A stretch of DNA of 64,000 bases, from positions 25,742 to 89,741 of the forward strand of contig CBDDIT010000045.1 of assembly GCA_965229175.1 (NCBI GenBank), given 5' to 3'. Positions 26,430 to 35,942 of this stretch are shown in pieces. How positions within the stretch are numbered: the stretch's first letter is position 1; the number at the start of each line of letters is the position of its first letter. The notes under the pieces were generated by a model, which saw nothing but the letters and a program-made list of their open reading frames with translations, did not search any database and had not been told where the DNA came from. The translations under genes and the position numbers were made by a program. Origin of the DNA: Sediminibacterium sp. (GTDB taxonomy: Bacteria; Bacteroidota; Bacteroidia; Chitinophagales; Chitinophagaceae).

Positions 26430-27449
26430 ATGGGTCTGATGGGTGCGCGAAAGATCCTATATTTCCTTTTTTTCAGTATGCTGCTGGGCAAGGCCTACGC
26501 GCAGGATCCGCATTATTCTCAATTTTTTTCTTCCCCCCTTACTTTAAATCCTGCTTTTACCGGTAAGTTTTCGGGTACCTACAGGCTGGCGGGAAACTAC
26601 CGCAACCAGTGGCCATCTATCAATAACGCGTTTACCACCTCCACTTTTTCCGCCGATGTGCACCTCTTGCAGGATCAGATTGCCAATAATGATACCTGGG
26701 GCATTGGGCTGGCAGGGTATAGCGACAACAGTTCCAATGGTGCCGTTAAGTTTAACTACGCCTCTCTTTCCACCGCTTACCATAAGGGCCTTGATGAGGA
26801 CGGGTTTCACCAGTTAGGAGCCGGTTTCCAGGTAACGTACGCCAATATGCTGATCAATACCGCCAACCTCAAATTTGAGGACCAGCTTACCAGCAGCGGG
26901 TTCACAGGGGTTAGTTCAGAAATATTCAATGGCGCGCAACTCTCCTCGCACTACCTGGACATCAATGCCGGCCTTCTTTACAACGGGAGTACTTCCGACA
27001 GGAACAATTTTTACCTGGGCGTGAGTATGTATCATATCAACCGTCCCAAGCAACAGTTTACAGGTGCCGACTATATTGTAAATCCCCGTACCACTTTTCA
27101 TGGCGGCGGGTATTTTCCGCTGGGCCCCAGCAGTACCCTTCACCTGAGCGGTTTGTACATGACACAGGGTGGGGCCTCGGAAACGATGTTCGGCGGGGCT
27201 TTACAACTAACCGCTAACCCCGATGTTCCAAAACCTTCCAGTTTCTATGTAGGCAGCTGGATCCGCTTTAATGACGCCATTATCCCTTATCTCGGCCTGG
27301 AGTTTGATGATTTCCGGCTGGGACTAACCTACGACTATAACAACTCCGCTCTCAAAACAGCCTCCCAAAACCGCGGCGGGATTGAAATCTCGCTCATTTA
27401 TGTCCGCCGCCCCTCCACCGACAGACCCGTTAACTGCCCTAAGTTCTGA
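26430..27449 (+). CDS. PorP/SprF-family type IX secretion system membrane protein
   Basis: After the signal peptide the protein reads AQDPHYSQFFSSPLTLNPAFTG, the family-defining N-terminal motif, and the remainder is beta-barrel-like. The start is 26430 or 26439; the ORF-track ATG at 26376 is less likely. Confidence 0.8.
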   Translation: MGLMGARKILYFLFFSMLLGKAYAQDPHYSQFFSSPLTLNPAFTGKFSGTYRLAGNYRNQWPSINNAFTTSTFSADVHLLQDQIANNDTWGIGLAGYSDNSSNGAVKFNYASLSTAYHKGLDEDGFHQLGAGFQVTYANMLINTANLKFEDQLTSSGFTGVSSEIFNGAQLSSHYLDINAGLLYNGSTSDRNNFYLGVSMYHINRPKQQFTGADYIVNPRTTFHGGGYFPLGPSSTLHLSGLYMTQGGASETMFGGALQLTANPDVPKPSSFYVGSWIRFNDAIIPYLGLEFDDFRLGLTYDYNNSALKTASQNRGGIEISLIYVRRPSTDRPVNCPKF

Positions 27450-27474
27450 TGAACGGACCCGTATATCGCAGGTA

Positions 27475-28110
27475 TCAGGATTCGCGCCTAGTGCCGCTTA
27501 CAAAGGGATTGTCCTTTACGATAAATCTATAAGGTAAAAGCGCATCTGTTCCGGCATAGTCAACACCTATCCGGGGCGTAGCCAGTATTTGGGAGGGTTT
27601 AATTGTATAGCCATCATCGGCAATAAATATTTCCGGACCCTGGAGGTCAGTTCCGGTGTGACGGGTATGGATACCCAGGGCCTTGGCTACATTGCCGGGG
27701 CCACGGGTGAGGGTATGATCGGCTTTGATCTTTCGGGTTCTCTCCAGCATGATGTCGATACCCGCCACCGGCTCCACACTTCTGATCAAAACGGCTTTTG
27801 GAACATCCCGGGTGCTGGTAACCACATTAAACAGGTGATGGATACCATAACAGAGGTAGACATATGCCACCCCGCCCGGCGCATACATGATTTCAGTTCT
27901 GGCGGTTCGGCGGCCATTCCAGGAATGAGCGGCGCGGTCTGCCACGCCATCATAGGCTTCGGTTTCAACGATTCTTCCGGCCGTAAGCGCACCATTAAAG
28001 CCGGTAACCAGCAGTTTACCGATCAGCGAGCGGGCTACACTACATACATTTTTACGCCGGTAAAATGCAGGGGGCAATTTATGGGAATGTAATTGCGTTA
28101 TACCATTCAT
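27475..28110 (-). CDS. mpg: DNA-3-methyladenine glycosylase (AAG/Mpg family)
   Basis: Contains LPPAFYRR...VARSLIGKLLV...GRIVETEAYDG..DRAAHS...MYAPGGVAYVYLCYGIHHLFNVV. I chose the ATG at 28110; the longer ORF-track N-terminus is not family-like. Confidence 0.85.
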   Translation of the reverse strand: MNGITQLHSHKLPPAFYRRKNVCSVARSLIGKLLVTGFNGALTAGRIVETEAYDGVADRAAHSWNGRRTARTEIMYAPGGVAYVYLCYGIHHLFNVVTSTRDVPKAVLIRSVEPVAGIDIMLERTRKIKADHTLTRGPGNVAKALGIHTRHTGTDLQGPEIFIADDGYTIKPSQILATPRIGVDYAGTDALLPYRFIVKDNPFVSGTRRES

Positions 28111-28170
28111 AGCTGTAAACTTACTGAATGTAGTACCTTCGCCCGCCAAACTATCCATTTGCTGAAAGAA

Positions 28171-28923
28171 ATGATCATAGCGATACAGGCCTATTTTGAG
28201 GCGCACCGGTTCATCCGCAAACACAACCTGTGGAAGTGGATACTGGTACCGGGGATCCTGTATGCGGTGCTTTTTATGATCGGGATGCGCTTTTTTAGTG
28301 AAACCTCCAGCCATTTTATCGAATCTATTATCCTGCGCACAGGATTGAAAGGATGGCTGGATAGAAGTGACAGCAGTTTCCTGGGTTTTATTTTTACGAT
28401 CGGCGCATTGCTGGTTTGGCTGATACTGCTCCTGTTTTATTTCTCCCTCTTCAAATACTTTTTCCTCATCGTTGGCTCCCCGCTTTTCGCGTACCTCAGT
28501 GAAAAAACCGAAGCCATCATGGAAGGAAGCGATATTCCGTTCAGCTTTCCGCAGTTGTTAAAGGATATCGTAAGAGGTATCCGGCTGGCAGTACGTAACA
28601 GCCTTTGGCAAACAGTATATGTATTGTCTATCCTGCTGCTAAGCCTTATTCCGCTCGCCGGCTGGTTAACGCCGATACTGGCCGTGCTGGTAGAATGTTA
28701 CTATTATGGCTTCTCCATGCTGGATTACAGTATGGAAAGGCACAAGAAAACACCGGCAGAAAGTATTTTTTTTATCGGGAACCACAAAGGACTGGCCGTA
28801 GGAAACGGGCTTGTGTTTTACCTGATGCACCTGTTGCCCTTTGTGGGCTGGGTACTGGCCCCCGCCTATGCGGTGGTAGCCGCCACCCTCAGTATGTACC
28901 CGCTTAAAAAAGCCGACAAGTAG
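28171..28923 (+). CDS. EI24/CysZ-like (DUF540) membrane protein
   Basis: The protein has multiple TM helices. The N-terminus MIIAIQAYFEAHRFIRKHNLWKWILVPGILY and the central FSLFKYFFLIVGSPLFAYLSE are typical of EI24-domain proteins. I chose the ATG at 28171. Confidence 0.65.
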   Translation: MIIAIQAYFEAHRFIRKHNLWKWILVPGILYAVLFMIGMRFFSETSSHFIESIILRTGLKGWLDRSDSSFLGFIFTIGALLVWLILLLFYFSLFKYFFLIVGSPLFAYLSEKTEAIMEGSDIPFSFPQLLKDIVRGIRLAVRNSLWQTVYVLSILLLSLIPLAGWLTPILAVLVECYYYGFSMLDYSMERHKKTPAESIFFIGNHKGLAVGNGLVFYLMHLLPFVGWVLAPAYAVVAATLSMYPLKKADK

Positions 28924-28924
28924 T

Positions 28925-29626
28925 ATGAGTCCCGGCAAAGTGTACCTGGTGCCCACCGTACTATACGAGGAAGCACTTGAAACCATCCCACCCTATGTGC
29001 TGGAGGCGGTAAAAGACTGCCAGGCATTTTTTGTTGAGAATGAAAAAACGGCACGCCGCTTTCTCAAAAAGATCTGGAAGGAAATGGTGATAGACAACTA
29101 CCAATGGTTCGCCATCCACAAAGCCGAACAGGAAGTAAGCAGGCCGTTTATCCAACTACTACAGGAAGGAAAAAACATCGGGATCATCAGTGAAGCCGGC
29201 TGCCCCGGTGTGGCAGACCCCGGGCAAATACTGGTACAGCTTGCCCAACAAGCCGGTATACCCGTTAAACCATTGGTAGGCCCGAGTTCCATCTTGTTAT
29301 CTTTAATGGCATCGGGCATGAACGGACAAAGCTTCCAGTTTCATGGCTACCTGCCCATTGCCTCACTGGACAGAAAGAAGAAGATAAAAGAGCTGGAAAA
29401 CTATTCTCACCAACATAACTGCACACAGATCTTTATTGAAACGCCTTACAGGAATAACAGCCTGGTGAAAGAAGTGGTTCAGTGCTGCAAAGACACTACC
29501 CGTTTTTGTATAGCGATAGATATTACAGGGCCAACCGAACTGATCCGAACCCAAACCATTAAAGAATGGAAATTAAAGGAAGTGGATATTCACAAAAGAC
29601 TGGCGATTTTCCTGCTGCATTCATGA
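28925..29626 (+). CDS. SAM-dependent tetrapyrrole-methylase-fold methyltransferase (RsmI-like)
   Basis: Begins KVYLVPTVL and contains the GIISEAGCPGVADPG motif characteristic of TP_methylase/RsmI-like enzymes. It starts 2 nt after the previous stop. Confidence 0.7.
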   Translation: MSPGKVYLVPTVLYEEALETIPPYVLEAVKDCQAFFVENEKTARRFLKKIWKEMVIDNYQWFAIHKAEQEVSRPFIQLLQEGKNIGIISEAGCPGVADPGQILVQLAQQAGIPVKPLVGPSSILLSLMASGMNGQSFQFHGYLPIASLDRKKKIKELENYSHQHNCTQIFIETPYRNNSLVKEVVQCCKDTTRFCIAIDITGPTELIRTQTIKEWKLKEVDIHKRLAIFLLHS

Positions 29627-29652
29627 TAGGGGTGGCAGGTATTTTTACGCTG

Positions 29653-30045
29653 CTATCGTGCTTTTAAAATCGTTTCACCATTGGCTCCGCGAACCTCATA
29701 AATGCTATCAACAATATAATTCTGCATTCCGCGCCAGGGCAGGGAAGACAGGTATTGTTTGTAATGCACATTGATCTCCCTTCCCGACACTTTCAGCAGT
29801 TGCTCCGCCACTGCAGGCTTGGTAACACTGAAAGAAAATTCGTTACTCTGCACATTAGCTTTGAAACCACTGAGGATAATCTTTCCCTCGTAGGTCTTGA
29901 AAAGAAAACCTTTTTTCTGAAAAATATTCAGTGTTCCCGCCTGTGTACCTTCGGCCAGCACGAAATAGTAGCGCCAGTAAATAATTCCACTAAGCACCAA
30001 CAACAATACGATAACAACTACAGCAATTATTTTTCGTTTATTCAT
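29653..30045 (-). CDS. Hypothetical membrane-anchored protein
   Basis: Has a single N-terminal TM helix (IIAVVVIVLLLVLSGIIYW) followed by a ~100-aa soluble domain. I recognise no family. Confidence 0.5.
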   Translation of the reverse strand: MNKRKIIAVVVIVLLLVLSGIIYWRYYFVLAEGTQAGTLNIFQKKGFLFKTYEGKIILSGFKANVQSNEFSFSVTKPAVAEQLLKVSGREINVHYKQYLSSLPWRGMQNYIVDSIYEVRGANGETILKAR

Positions 30046-30068
30046 ACTATTTCTGTCAATACGGTAAA

Positions 30069-31434
30069 CTACAACCCGTATTTATCTATAAGGTACACCA
30101 ATGCGGCCATATTTACGGCCCCCAGTAATAATTCCCTGCGGTTTACATTTTCAAATACATCACTCCTGGCATGGTGAACATCAAAATATCGTTGCGGGTC
30201 GGGCAGTAACTCGCCCACCGGTGTGCCTAAACGCATCAGGGGACCCACATCGGCACCGCCCACCATCATTGGTAAACTCGGTGGTTCCATAGGGTGAGAG
30301 TAAGGGCAGCCATGACTGGAACCTGGCCATCTGCTCCTTACTTACCGACAGGGAGAACCCCCGCGGTGTGAAGCCGCCGGCATCGCTTTCGAGGCCGAAT
30401 ATGTGCTTTTCTCCTTTTGCTTTTGCTTCCTCTGCATATTTTGTTCCGCCGCGTAAATCCATTCTCTTCATTGGCGAACAACACAAACCGGATAGTATGC
30501 TTAGGTTTATAGCCCAAGGCCACCAGGGTTCGCATGATCTCTATGGTTTGTACCACGCCGGGCTCCGTCGTCATGCGCTCCTTCATTCACATCCCAGCTA
30601 TCGAGGTGTCCGCCTACGGTAATGTATTCATTGGGATACTGGCTGCCGGTTAGCTCACCTATTACATTGTGACCAATCGTATCCGGCAAAAAATGTCCGT
30701 GGGTAGTCATCGACATAACAAAAGAAGACTTCTGGCTTAATGCCCACACTTCATCGGCATCCCTGGGTCCTACCGCAATAGCCGGTATTTTCGGAAAGGA
30801 ATCCATATAGGCCATTCCGCCGGTATGCGGGTCGTTGGCGGTAGATTCGGTAAGTGAGCGGATCATACAACCCACTGCCCCATATTTTGCCGCCCGGCTG
30901 GGACCTGAACGCCGGTAAATGCCCGCCTGGCCGTAAGAAACAAATGTTTTAACGTTGGTTGGGTCAAATGCGTTGTTATAGTAAACAATCTTTCCTTTTA
31001 CTTCCTCCTTCCTTCTTTCCAGTTCATCAAAATTCGCCACCGCCAAAACGGGTGCTGTAACGGTACCGCTACCCAGCGAGTTGCCCAGTGCCAGCACATC
31101 CAGTTTTCCGCGCCGCTTTTTTATGATCCACCTCTACAATCACCGCCTTATCCTCTCCACCCCTAACCCAATGTGGTACCATACACTCCTGCAGGAATAC
31201 GCGGTCGGCACCATTCTTTTCCAGCGCAAGTTTACCCCACTGAACGGCTTTGGCAAACTGCGGAGATCCGGCCAGTCTGCCACCAACCTGTTTGGTAAGC
31301 TGGTATAACAGGTCGTAGGCTTTCCCGTTGCGGAGTATTTTCATCTGATATTTTTTTTGATATTGGCTGCATCATCTGTTTGTGGCCAGTCCGGCCAGCG
31401 GCAGTGCCAGCAGGGAGAATAGAATCCTTTTCAT
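30069..31434 (-). pseudogene. M28-family aminopeptidase pseudogene (at least 4 frameshifts plus one in-frame stop)
   Basis: Six minus-strand pieces join into one M28 peptidase. (1) 31434-31372: signal peptide MKRILFSLLALPLAGLATNR, then TGA. (2) 31344-31069: ..NGKAYDLLYQLTKQVGGRLAGSPQ... (3) 31097-30507: ..LALGNSLGSG..GGHLDSWDVNEGAHDDGA. (4) 30586-30338: GVVQTIEIMRTLVALGYKPKHTIRFVLFANEENG. (5) 30486-30181: LRGGTKYAEEAKAKGEKHIFGLESDAGGFTPRGF... (6) 30290-30069: GGADVGPLMRLGTPVGELLPDPQRYFDVHHARSD. The frame changes fall near 31117-31122 (T6), 30553-30566, 30458-30470 and 30265-30285. Confidence 0.8.
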
Positions 31435-31532
31435 GCGTAATAGGCTGTTTGGGTATTTATGGTTTGAAGATATCATTTAAAATCTGATCCCGGAAGCCCT
31501 TATTTGAGCGGCTGCCGTGAAATGAGGAAATA

Positions 31533-31559
31533 ATTGTTACTTGCAACAAAATAGGTTTG
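31533..31559 (+). promoter_or_regulatory. Candidate bshA promoter (-7 box TAGGTTTG, possible -33 ATTG)
   Basis: TAGGTTTG at 31552-31559 fits TAnnTTTG, and ATTG at 31533-31536 lies 15 nt upstream of it. The ATG is at 31637. Confidence 0.35.
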
Positions 31560-31636
31560 ACATTTGTAATATGTGATTGCGCTGGCAACCCCGAGAACCA
31601 CAAACTACAAACCACAAATCACAAACTGCAGTTATT

Positions 31637-32776
31637 ATGAAGATCGGAATTGTTTGCTATCCCACTTTCGGGGGCAGTGGGGTTTTAGCCACGGAATTGG
31701 GTAAAGCCCTGGCGGATGAGGGCCATAAAGTACATTTTATCACTTACCAGCAGCCTGTCAGGCTCAATGTTTTCAACGCCAATATTTTTTATCATGAAGT
31801 AAGGGTACCCACGTATCCCCTGTTCGATTACCCCCCATATGAAGTAGCATTGGCCAGTACCATGGTAGATGTGATCATGAACCATGACCTGGATCTGCTG
31901 CATGTTCACTATGCCATACCTCATGCGTCCGCTGCCTATATGGCCAAGCAAATTGTAAAACAAAAAACCGGGCGCAGTGTTCCTTTTATTACCACGCTGC
32001 ACGGAACGGATATTACCCTGGTGGGTAAGGATAAGACTTATGAACCGGTAGTAACGTTTTCTATCAATGAAAGTGATGCGATAACGGCCGTTTCGCAAAA
32101 CCTGAAAGATGAAACCTATCGTTCCTTCGCGATCACCAAAGAAATACAGGTGATCTACAATTTTGTGGATGTAGACCGCTTCAATAAAAAACCTATTGAC
32201 GCTTTCCGCAAAGTAATCGCGCCGGAGGGAGAAAAAATACTGATGCACGCCTCTAATTTCAGGAAGATAAAACGCGTGGATGATGTGGTAAAGATTTTTG
32301 CCACGGTAAGAGCCGCCATGCCCGCCAAATTGCTGATGGTGGGTGATGGCCCCGAAAGACCCTATATTGAAGAGCTTACCCGTAAGCTGGGCGTAACTGA
32401 AGATGTAAGGTTCCTGGGCAAGCAGGAGCAGATGGAAGATATACTGGCGGTGAGCGATGTATTCCTTCTGCCATCTGAATATGAGAGCTTTGGATTGGCG
32501 GCATTGGAAGCCATGGCAGCAAGGGCGGTTGTAATTAGCACCAATGCGGGCGGCCTTACAGAAATCAATATCCAGAACGAAACCGGCTTTATGGCCAATG
32601 TGGGTGATGTTGATGCCATGAGTAATTTTGCCATTGCACTGCTAAATGATGATGCACGCCTGGCCGCCATGAAAGAAGCAGCCTACCAGCATGCCTGCAA
32701 TTTTGATATCAAACATATTATTCCCGTGTATGAGAAACTGTACAGGAAGTTTTGCAGGGAAGAAAAGTGTGAATAG
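31637..32776 (+). CDS. bshA: N-acetyl-alpha-D-glucosaminyl L-malate synthase (bacillithiol biosynthesis, GT4)
   Basis: MKIGIVCYPTFGGSGVLATELGKALADEGHKVHFITY is the BshA-type N-terminus, and the GT4 motif E(Y)ESFGLAALEAMA is present. I chose the ATG at 31637; the 20 upstream codons translate a CACAAA repeat leader. Confidence 0.85.
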   Translation: MKIGIVCYPTFGGSGVLATELGKALADEGHKVHFITYQQPVRLNVFNANIFYHEVRVPTYPLFDYPPYEVALASTMVDVIMNHDLDLLHVHYAIPHASAAYMAKQIVKQKTGRSVPFITTLHGTDITLVGKDKTYEPVVTFSINESDAITAVSQNLKDETYRSFAITKEIQVIYNFVDVDRFNKKPIDAFRKVIAPEGEKILMHASNFRKIKRVDDVVKIFATVRAAMPAKLLMVGDGPERPYIEELTRKLGVTEDVRFLGKQEQMEDILAVSDVFLLPSEYESFGLAALEAMAARAVVISTNAGGLTEINIQNETGFMANVGDVDAMSNFAIALLNDDARLAAMKEAAYQHACNFDIKHIIPVYEKLYRKFCREEKCE

Positions 32777-32904
32777 TTTGGGGTTTGGAGTTGTTTAGGG
32801 TTTGGGGTTGTTTAGAGTTTGGGGTTGTTTAGAGTTTGGGGTTGTTTAGGGCTTTTGGGTTTATGGTTTTTTTGGTTTAGGGGTTGGGTGGAGGTGGAAT
32901 TTAG
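32777..32904. repeat. G/T-rich tandem repeat with a 17-nt period between convergent genes
   Basis: Units (A/G)GTTTGGGGTTGTTTAG lie at 32799-32815, 32816-32832 and 32833-32849, with degenerate copies on both sides. Many GGG/GGGG runs are present. Confidence 0.8.
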
Positions 32905-34088
32905 GTTAGAACCTGGCTGATGCTTTGGAGAATGGTTTGGCATACCTGTTTTAGTTCTTCTTCTGTTATGATCAGGGGGGGAGCGATTCTGAGCCTATCG
33001 GGGGCGAAGAGGAACCAGTCGGTTACCAAGCCGTTTTTAATACATTGATGAATTATCTTTTGCGCAATTTCAGCCGACTCGAATTGTAAAGACATCCACA
33101 GGCCATAACTGTTGCGTGAGACAATGGCGGGATGTACCAATTGAGTGAGCAATATTTCTTCTTTTTGTTTTACCGTTTCTATATATCTCCCTTCCAGTAA
33201 TACTTCCAACGCGGCTTTACCTGCGGCGCAGGAAACGGGGTGGCCCCCAAATGTGGTAATATGGCCCAGTACCGGCGCATAGGTAAGCGTATTCATCAGC
33301 CTGTGATGCGCTATAAAAGCACCCAGCGGCATCCCCCCTCCCAATGCCTTTCCAAGTAACAGGATATCCGGCACCACGCCCATTCTTTCAAAAGCCCAGA
33401 GAGACCCTGTTCTGCCAAACCCGGCCTGTATCTCATCAAATATCAATAACACACAATGCTCATCACATTTTTTCCTGATCGCGAGGAGCCAGTCTTTATC
33501 AGGTGCTACAATACCACTTTCTGCCTGTACGGTTTCAATCACCACACAAGCGGTGGTTGAGTTGATGGCACTCACCAGGGCATAGTCGTTATACCCCAGG
33601 TGCAGGATTCCCGGCAATAAGGGCCTGAAAGCATTGCGCCAGTACTCATCCCCCATCAGGCTTAGTGCCCCTTGCGTGCTTCCGTGGTAAGCATTCTTAC
33701 AGGCAATGATAGCGGAACGCCCCGTAATACGCTTGGCCAGCTTCATGGCACCTTCTGTAGCTTCTGCACCGCTATTGGTAAAATACACACAATTCAGCGA
33801 AGCAGGCAAATGATCGGTAAGCAGCTGGGCATACGAGGTTTGCGGCGATTCAATAAACTCACCATATACAATCAGGTGCATGTACTCCGCCGCCTGCTCC
33901 TGCACCGCTTTTACCACTTTCGGGTGGCTATGGCCTATATTACAAACACTGAACCCGGAAATAAGATCCACATACTTTTTCCTGTCCACATCCCAAAGAT
34001 GAATACCCCCGGCCTTCACCATTTCAATACCTATTGGCGCAGCGGAGGTCTGGGCTACATGACTGAGAAAGAGTTGCCTGTTGTTCAA
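32901..34088 (-). CDS. Class-III (acetylornithine/GABA-type) PLP-dependent aminotransferase
   Basis: Contains NIGHSHPKVVKAV, YHGST, and LLIFDEIQAGFGRTGSLWAFE followed by K(A)LGGG, the PLP-lysine region. Confidence 0.85.
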   Translation of the reverse strand: MNNRQLFLSHVAQTSAAPIGIEMVKAGGIHLWDVDRKKYVDLISGFSVCNIGHSHPKVVKAVQEQAAEYMHLIVYGEFIESPQTSYAQLLTDHLPASLNCVYFTNSGAEATEGAMKLAKRITGRSAIIACKNAYHGSTQGALSLMGDEYWRNAFRPLLPGILHLGYNDYALVSAINSTTACVVIETVQAESGIVAPDKDWLLAIRKKCDEHCVLLIFDEIQAGFGRTGSLWAFERMGVVPDILLLGKALGGGMPLGAFIAHHRLMNTLTYAPVLGHITTFGGHPVSCAAGKAALEVLLEGRYIETVKQKEEILLTQLVHPAIVSRNSYGLWMSLQFESAEIAQKIIHQCIKNGLVTDWFLFAPDRLRIAPPLIITEEELKQVCQTILQSISQVLT

Positions 34089-34195
34089 TTGATAGCAATT
34101 ATGTCCAATTATTGAATCTGCATCCGACTACAAATTCATCTGCAATATAGATAAATTGAGTGGTGGCAACACAAATGCTTACAATCAGTCCTATC

Positions 34196-34972
34196 TTACT
34201 TACTTCTCATGATCTGATCGTAGATACAATCCCATAAATCTACTCGCTTTTCCAACGCCTTAACAGCGGCTTGTTCAGCTTCAGCCCAATAGATATCATT
34301 GTCTTTACATAAATCGGCAACCATTTGTAGTGCCAAAATACTATGATGGCCACCATCAACCTCTATATGCCTTTCTAAATAATATTTTAAAACCGATGTT
34401 TTTCCTGGCATAACAAGAGAAATATCCCTCACAATAGAGGTAAAAACGGCGGGAATCAAATCTTCACGTCCAAAGGTGAACACAGCAGCCTGAAGATGCG
34501 AACTGCCTGATTCAATACATTGAAATGTATACGCTATAAAATCTCTCACTGCTGGAGAAACTCCGGCCACCCTGCATGCGAAATCAATGTTTCCTGACTC
34601 TCTTAAAATGTAACTGAAAGTTTCAAACTGCGTAATTCTCGCGCCACTCTGCTTCATGGCATCTAAATATATCTCAAAATGGCTTTTCCGGCTTCCATTG
34701 ATATCAACATCGGTTTCTTCTCCTAATACAATTTCGTTGATTAAATAACTTACTTCGGGAAGGGATGATGGGAACCAGGGAGTAGTGGTGCAGGTTAACT
34801 TATTTTGGAGTGATTTCAATAAAGACATAAAGTCCCAGACTGCAAAAACATGATGCTCCATAAAGATCTGCAAATCATTAATATCTTGGATTACCTTGTA
34901 TATTTTGTGATCAATTAGCTTTCTTCTGAAAGGTTCAATGTTCTCCTGAATTCTTATAATATAGGGATTCAT
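34196..34972 (-). CDS. DUF3050 (heme-oxygenase-like fold) protein
   Basis: The N-terminus KIYKVIQDINDLQIFMEHHVFAVWDFMSLLKSLQ is typical of DUF3050 proteins. Confidence 0.65.
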   Translation of the reverse strand: MNPYIIRIQENIEPFRRKLIDHKIYKVIQDINDLQIFMEHHVFAVWDFMSLLKSLQNKLTCTTTPWFPSSLPEVSYLINEIVLGEETDVDINGSRKSHFEIYLDAMKQSGARITQFETFSYILRESGNIDFACRVAGVSPAVRDFIAYTFQCIESGSSHLQAAVFTFGREDLIPAVFTSIVRDISLVMPGKTSVLKYYLERHIEVDGGHHSILALQMVADLCKDNDIYWAEAEQAAVKALEKRVDLWDCIYDQIMRSK

Positions 34973-35023
34973 AAAATGTTATTTGGCAAACCAGGAACCA
35001 GGTATACTACACCCGCTACTTTT

Positions 35024-35686
35024 CTATCCATTCAACTCTTTCAGCAGCTTATCAAGTGCCGACCTAATATAAGTTAATTCCTGTTCCGTTCTCCTGATTA
35101 CGGCTTCCAAATCATTTTCGCTTTTGCGATTAATATCAGTAGGGTCTTCCTCTTCCGAAACATCCTGTATATCACTTAACAGATGTATATACCGCCCCTC
35201 TTTCTGTCCAACTTTCCGCGGCACCTTTTTTACATACGGATTCGCTCTGTCAGATAATGCTTCCAATATTTGATATACCTCGGCAATCGACTCAAAAGAA
35301 TACAATCTTCCTGAGTTAATATTAATCTCACCAGGAGTTTGAGGGCCTCTCAGCATCAACAAGCACATAATTGCCAAGGCAGCATCGTCTACCGGGTAAA
35401 CCAGTTGAAAGTTATGTTTGTACTTAATTACCCTGCTTGTGCCCCCCGTAACCGTTGAAACCAACCCTTTCTTTTTTAATGAGGCGAGGGCTTCAATAAC
35501 AATATTCTCATCATAATTTACAATAGGCTTTCGAGAAGTCTTTTGATTGCTAGCCGACACTATTGAATTAATTGTCATTGGATAATACTCCGGTGTAATC
35601 TTCGATTTTTCAACTAAACAAGCCAACACTCTGACTTCTGTATTATCCAGCTTTGTTAAAAAAATTATCTCTTGCTCCATATACAA
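35024..35686 (-). CDS. YceH-family (DUF480) protein
   Basis: LDNTEVRVLACLVEKSKITPEYYPMTINSIVSASNQKTSRKPIVNYDE matches the YceH N-terminal winged-helix pattern. Confidence 0.7.
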   Translation of the reverse strand: MYMEQEIIFLTKLDNTEVRVLACLVEKSKITPEYYPMTINSIVSASNQKTSRKPIVNYDENIVIEALASLKKKGLVSTVTGGTSRVIKYKHNFQLVYPVDDAALAIMCLLMLRGPQTPGEININSGRLYSFESIAEVYQILEALSDRANPYVKKVPRKVGQKEGRYIHLLSDIQDVSEEEDPTDINRKSENDLEAVIRRTEQELTYIRSALDKLLKELNG

Positions 35687-35942
35687 ATTATTAATGGCTA
35701 GTAACGGCCGTTAGAAGGCTTACAAAAATAATCAGAAGGAACTGATATGCCATTGAGCTAAACGGGCTGTTTGTCACATTTTGACGCAGCGGAGCTATAC
35801 TTTTATGAATAAGTGAATTAATTTGATTAGCTCACCTACATACTAGATTAAAATTAAAGTGCGACATAGTTAATTCGCTTTTTAGTTTTCATAAAACAAC
35901 CCCCCAATTGTTGCTTTATCAAAAACGTAAAATGAATTCTGT

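Noticed and set aside
32777-32904. The tandem repeat as a CRISPR array or as telomeric sequence.
   Set aside because: The period is only 17 nt with no unique spacers and no cas genes, so it is not CRISPR. The TTTGGGG resemblance to ciliate telomeres is coincidental in an internal bacterial intergenic spacer.
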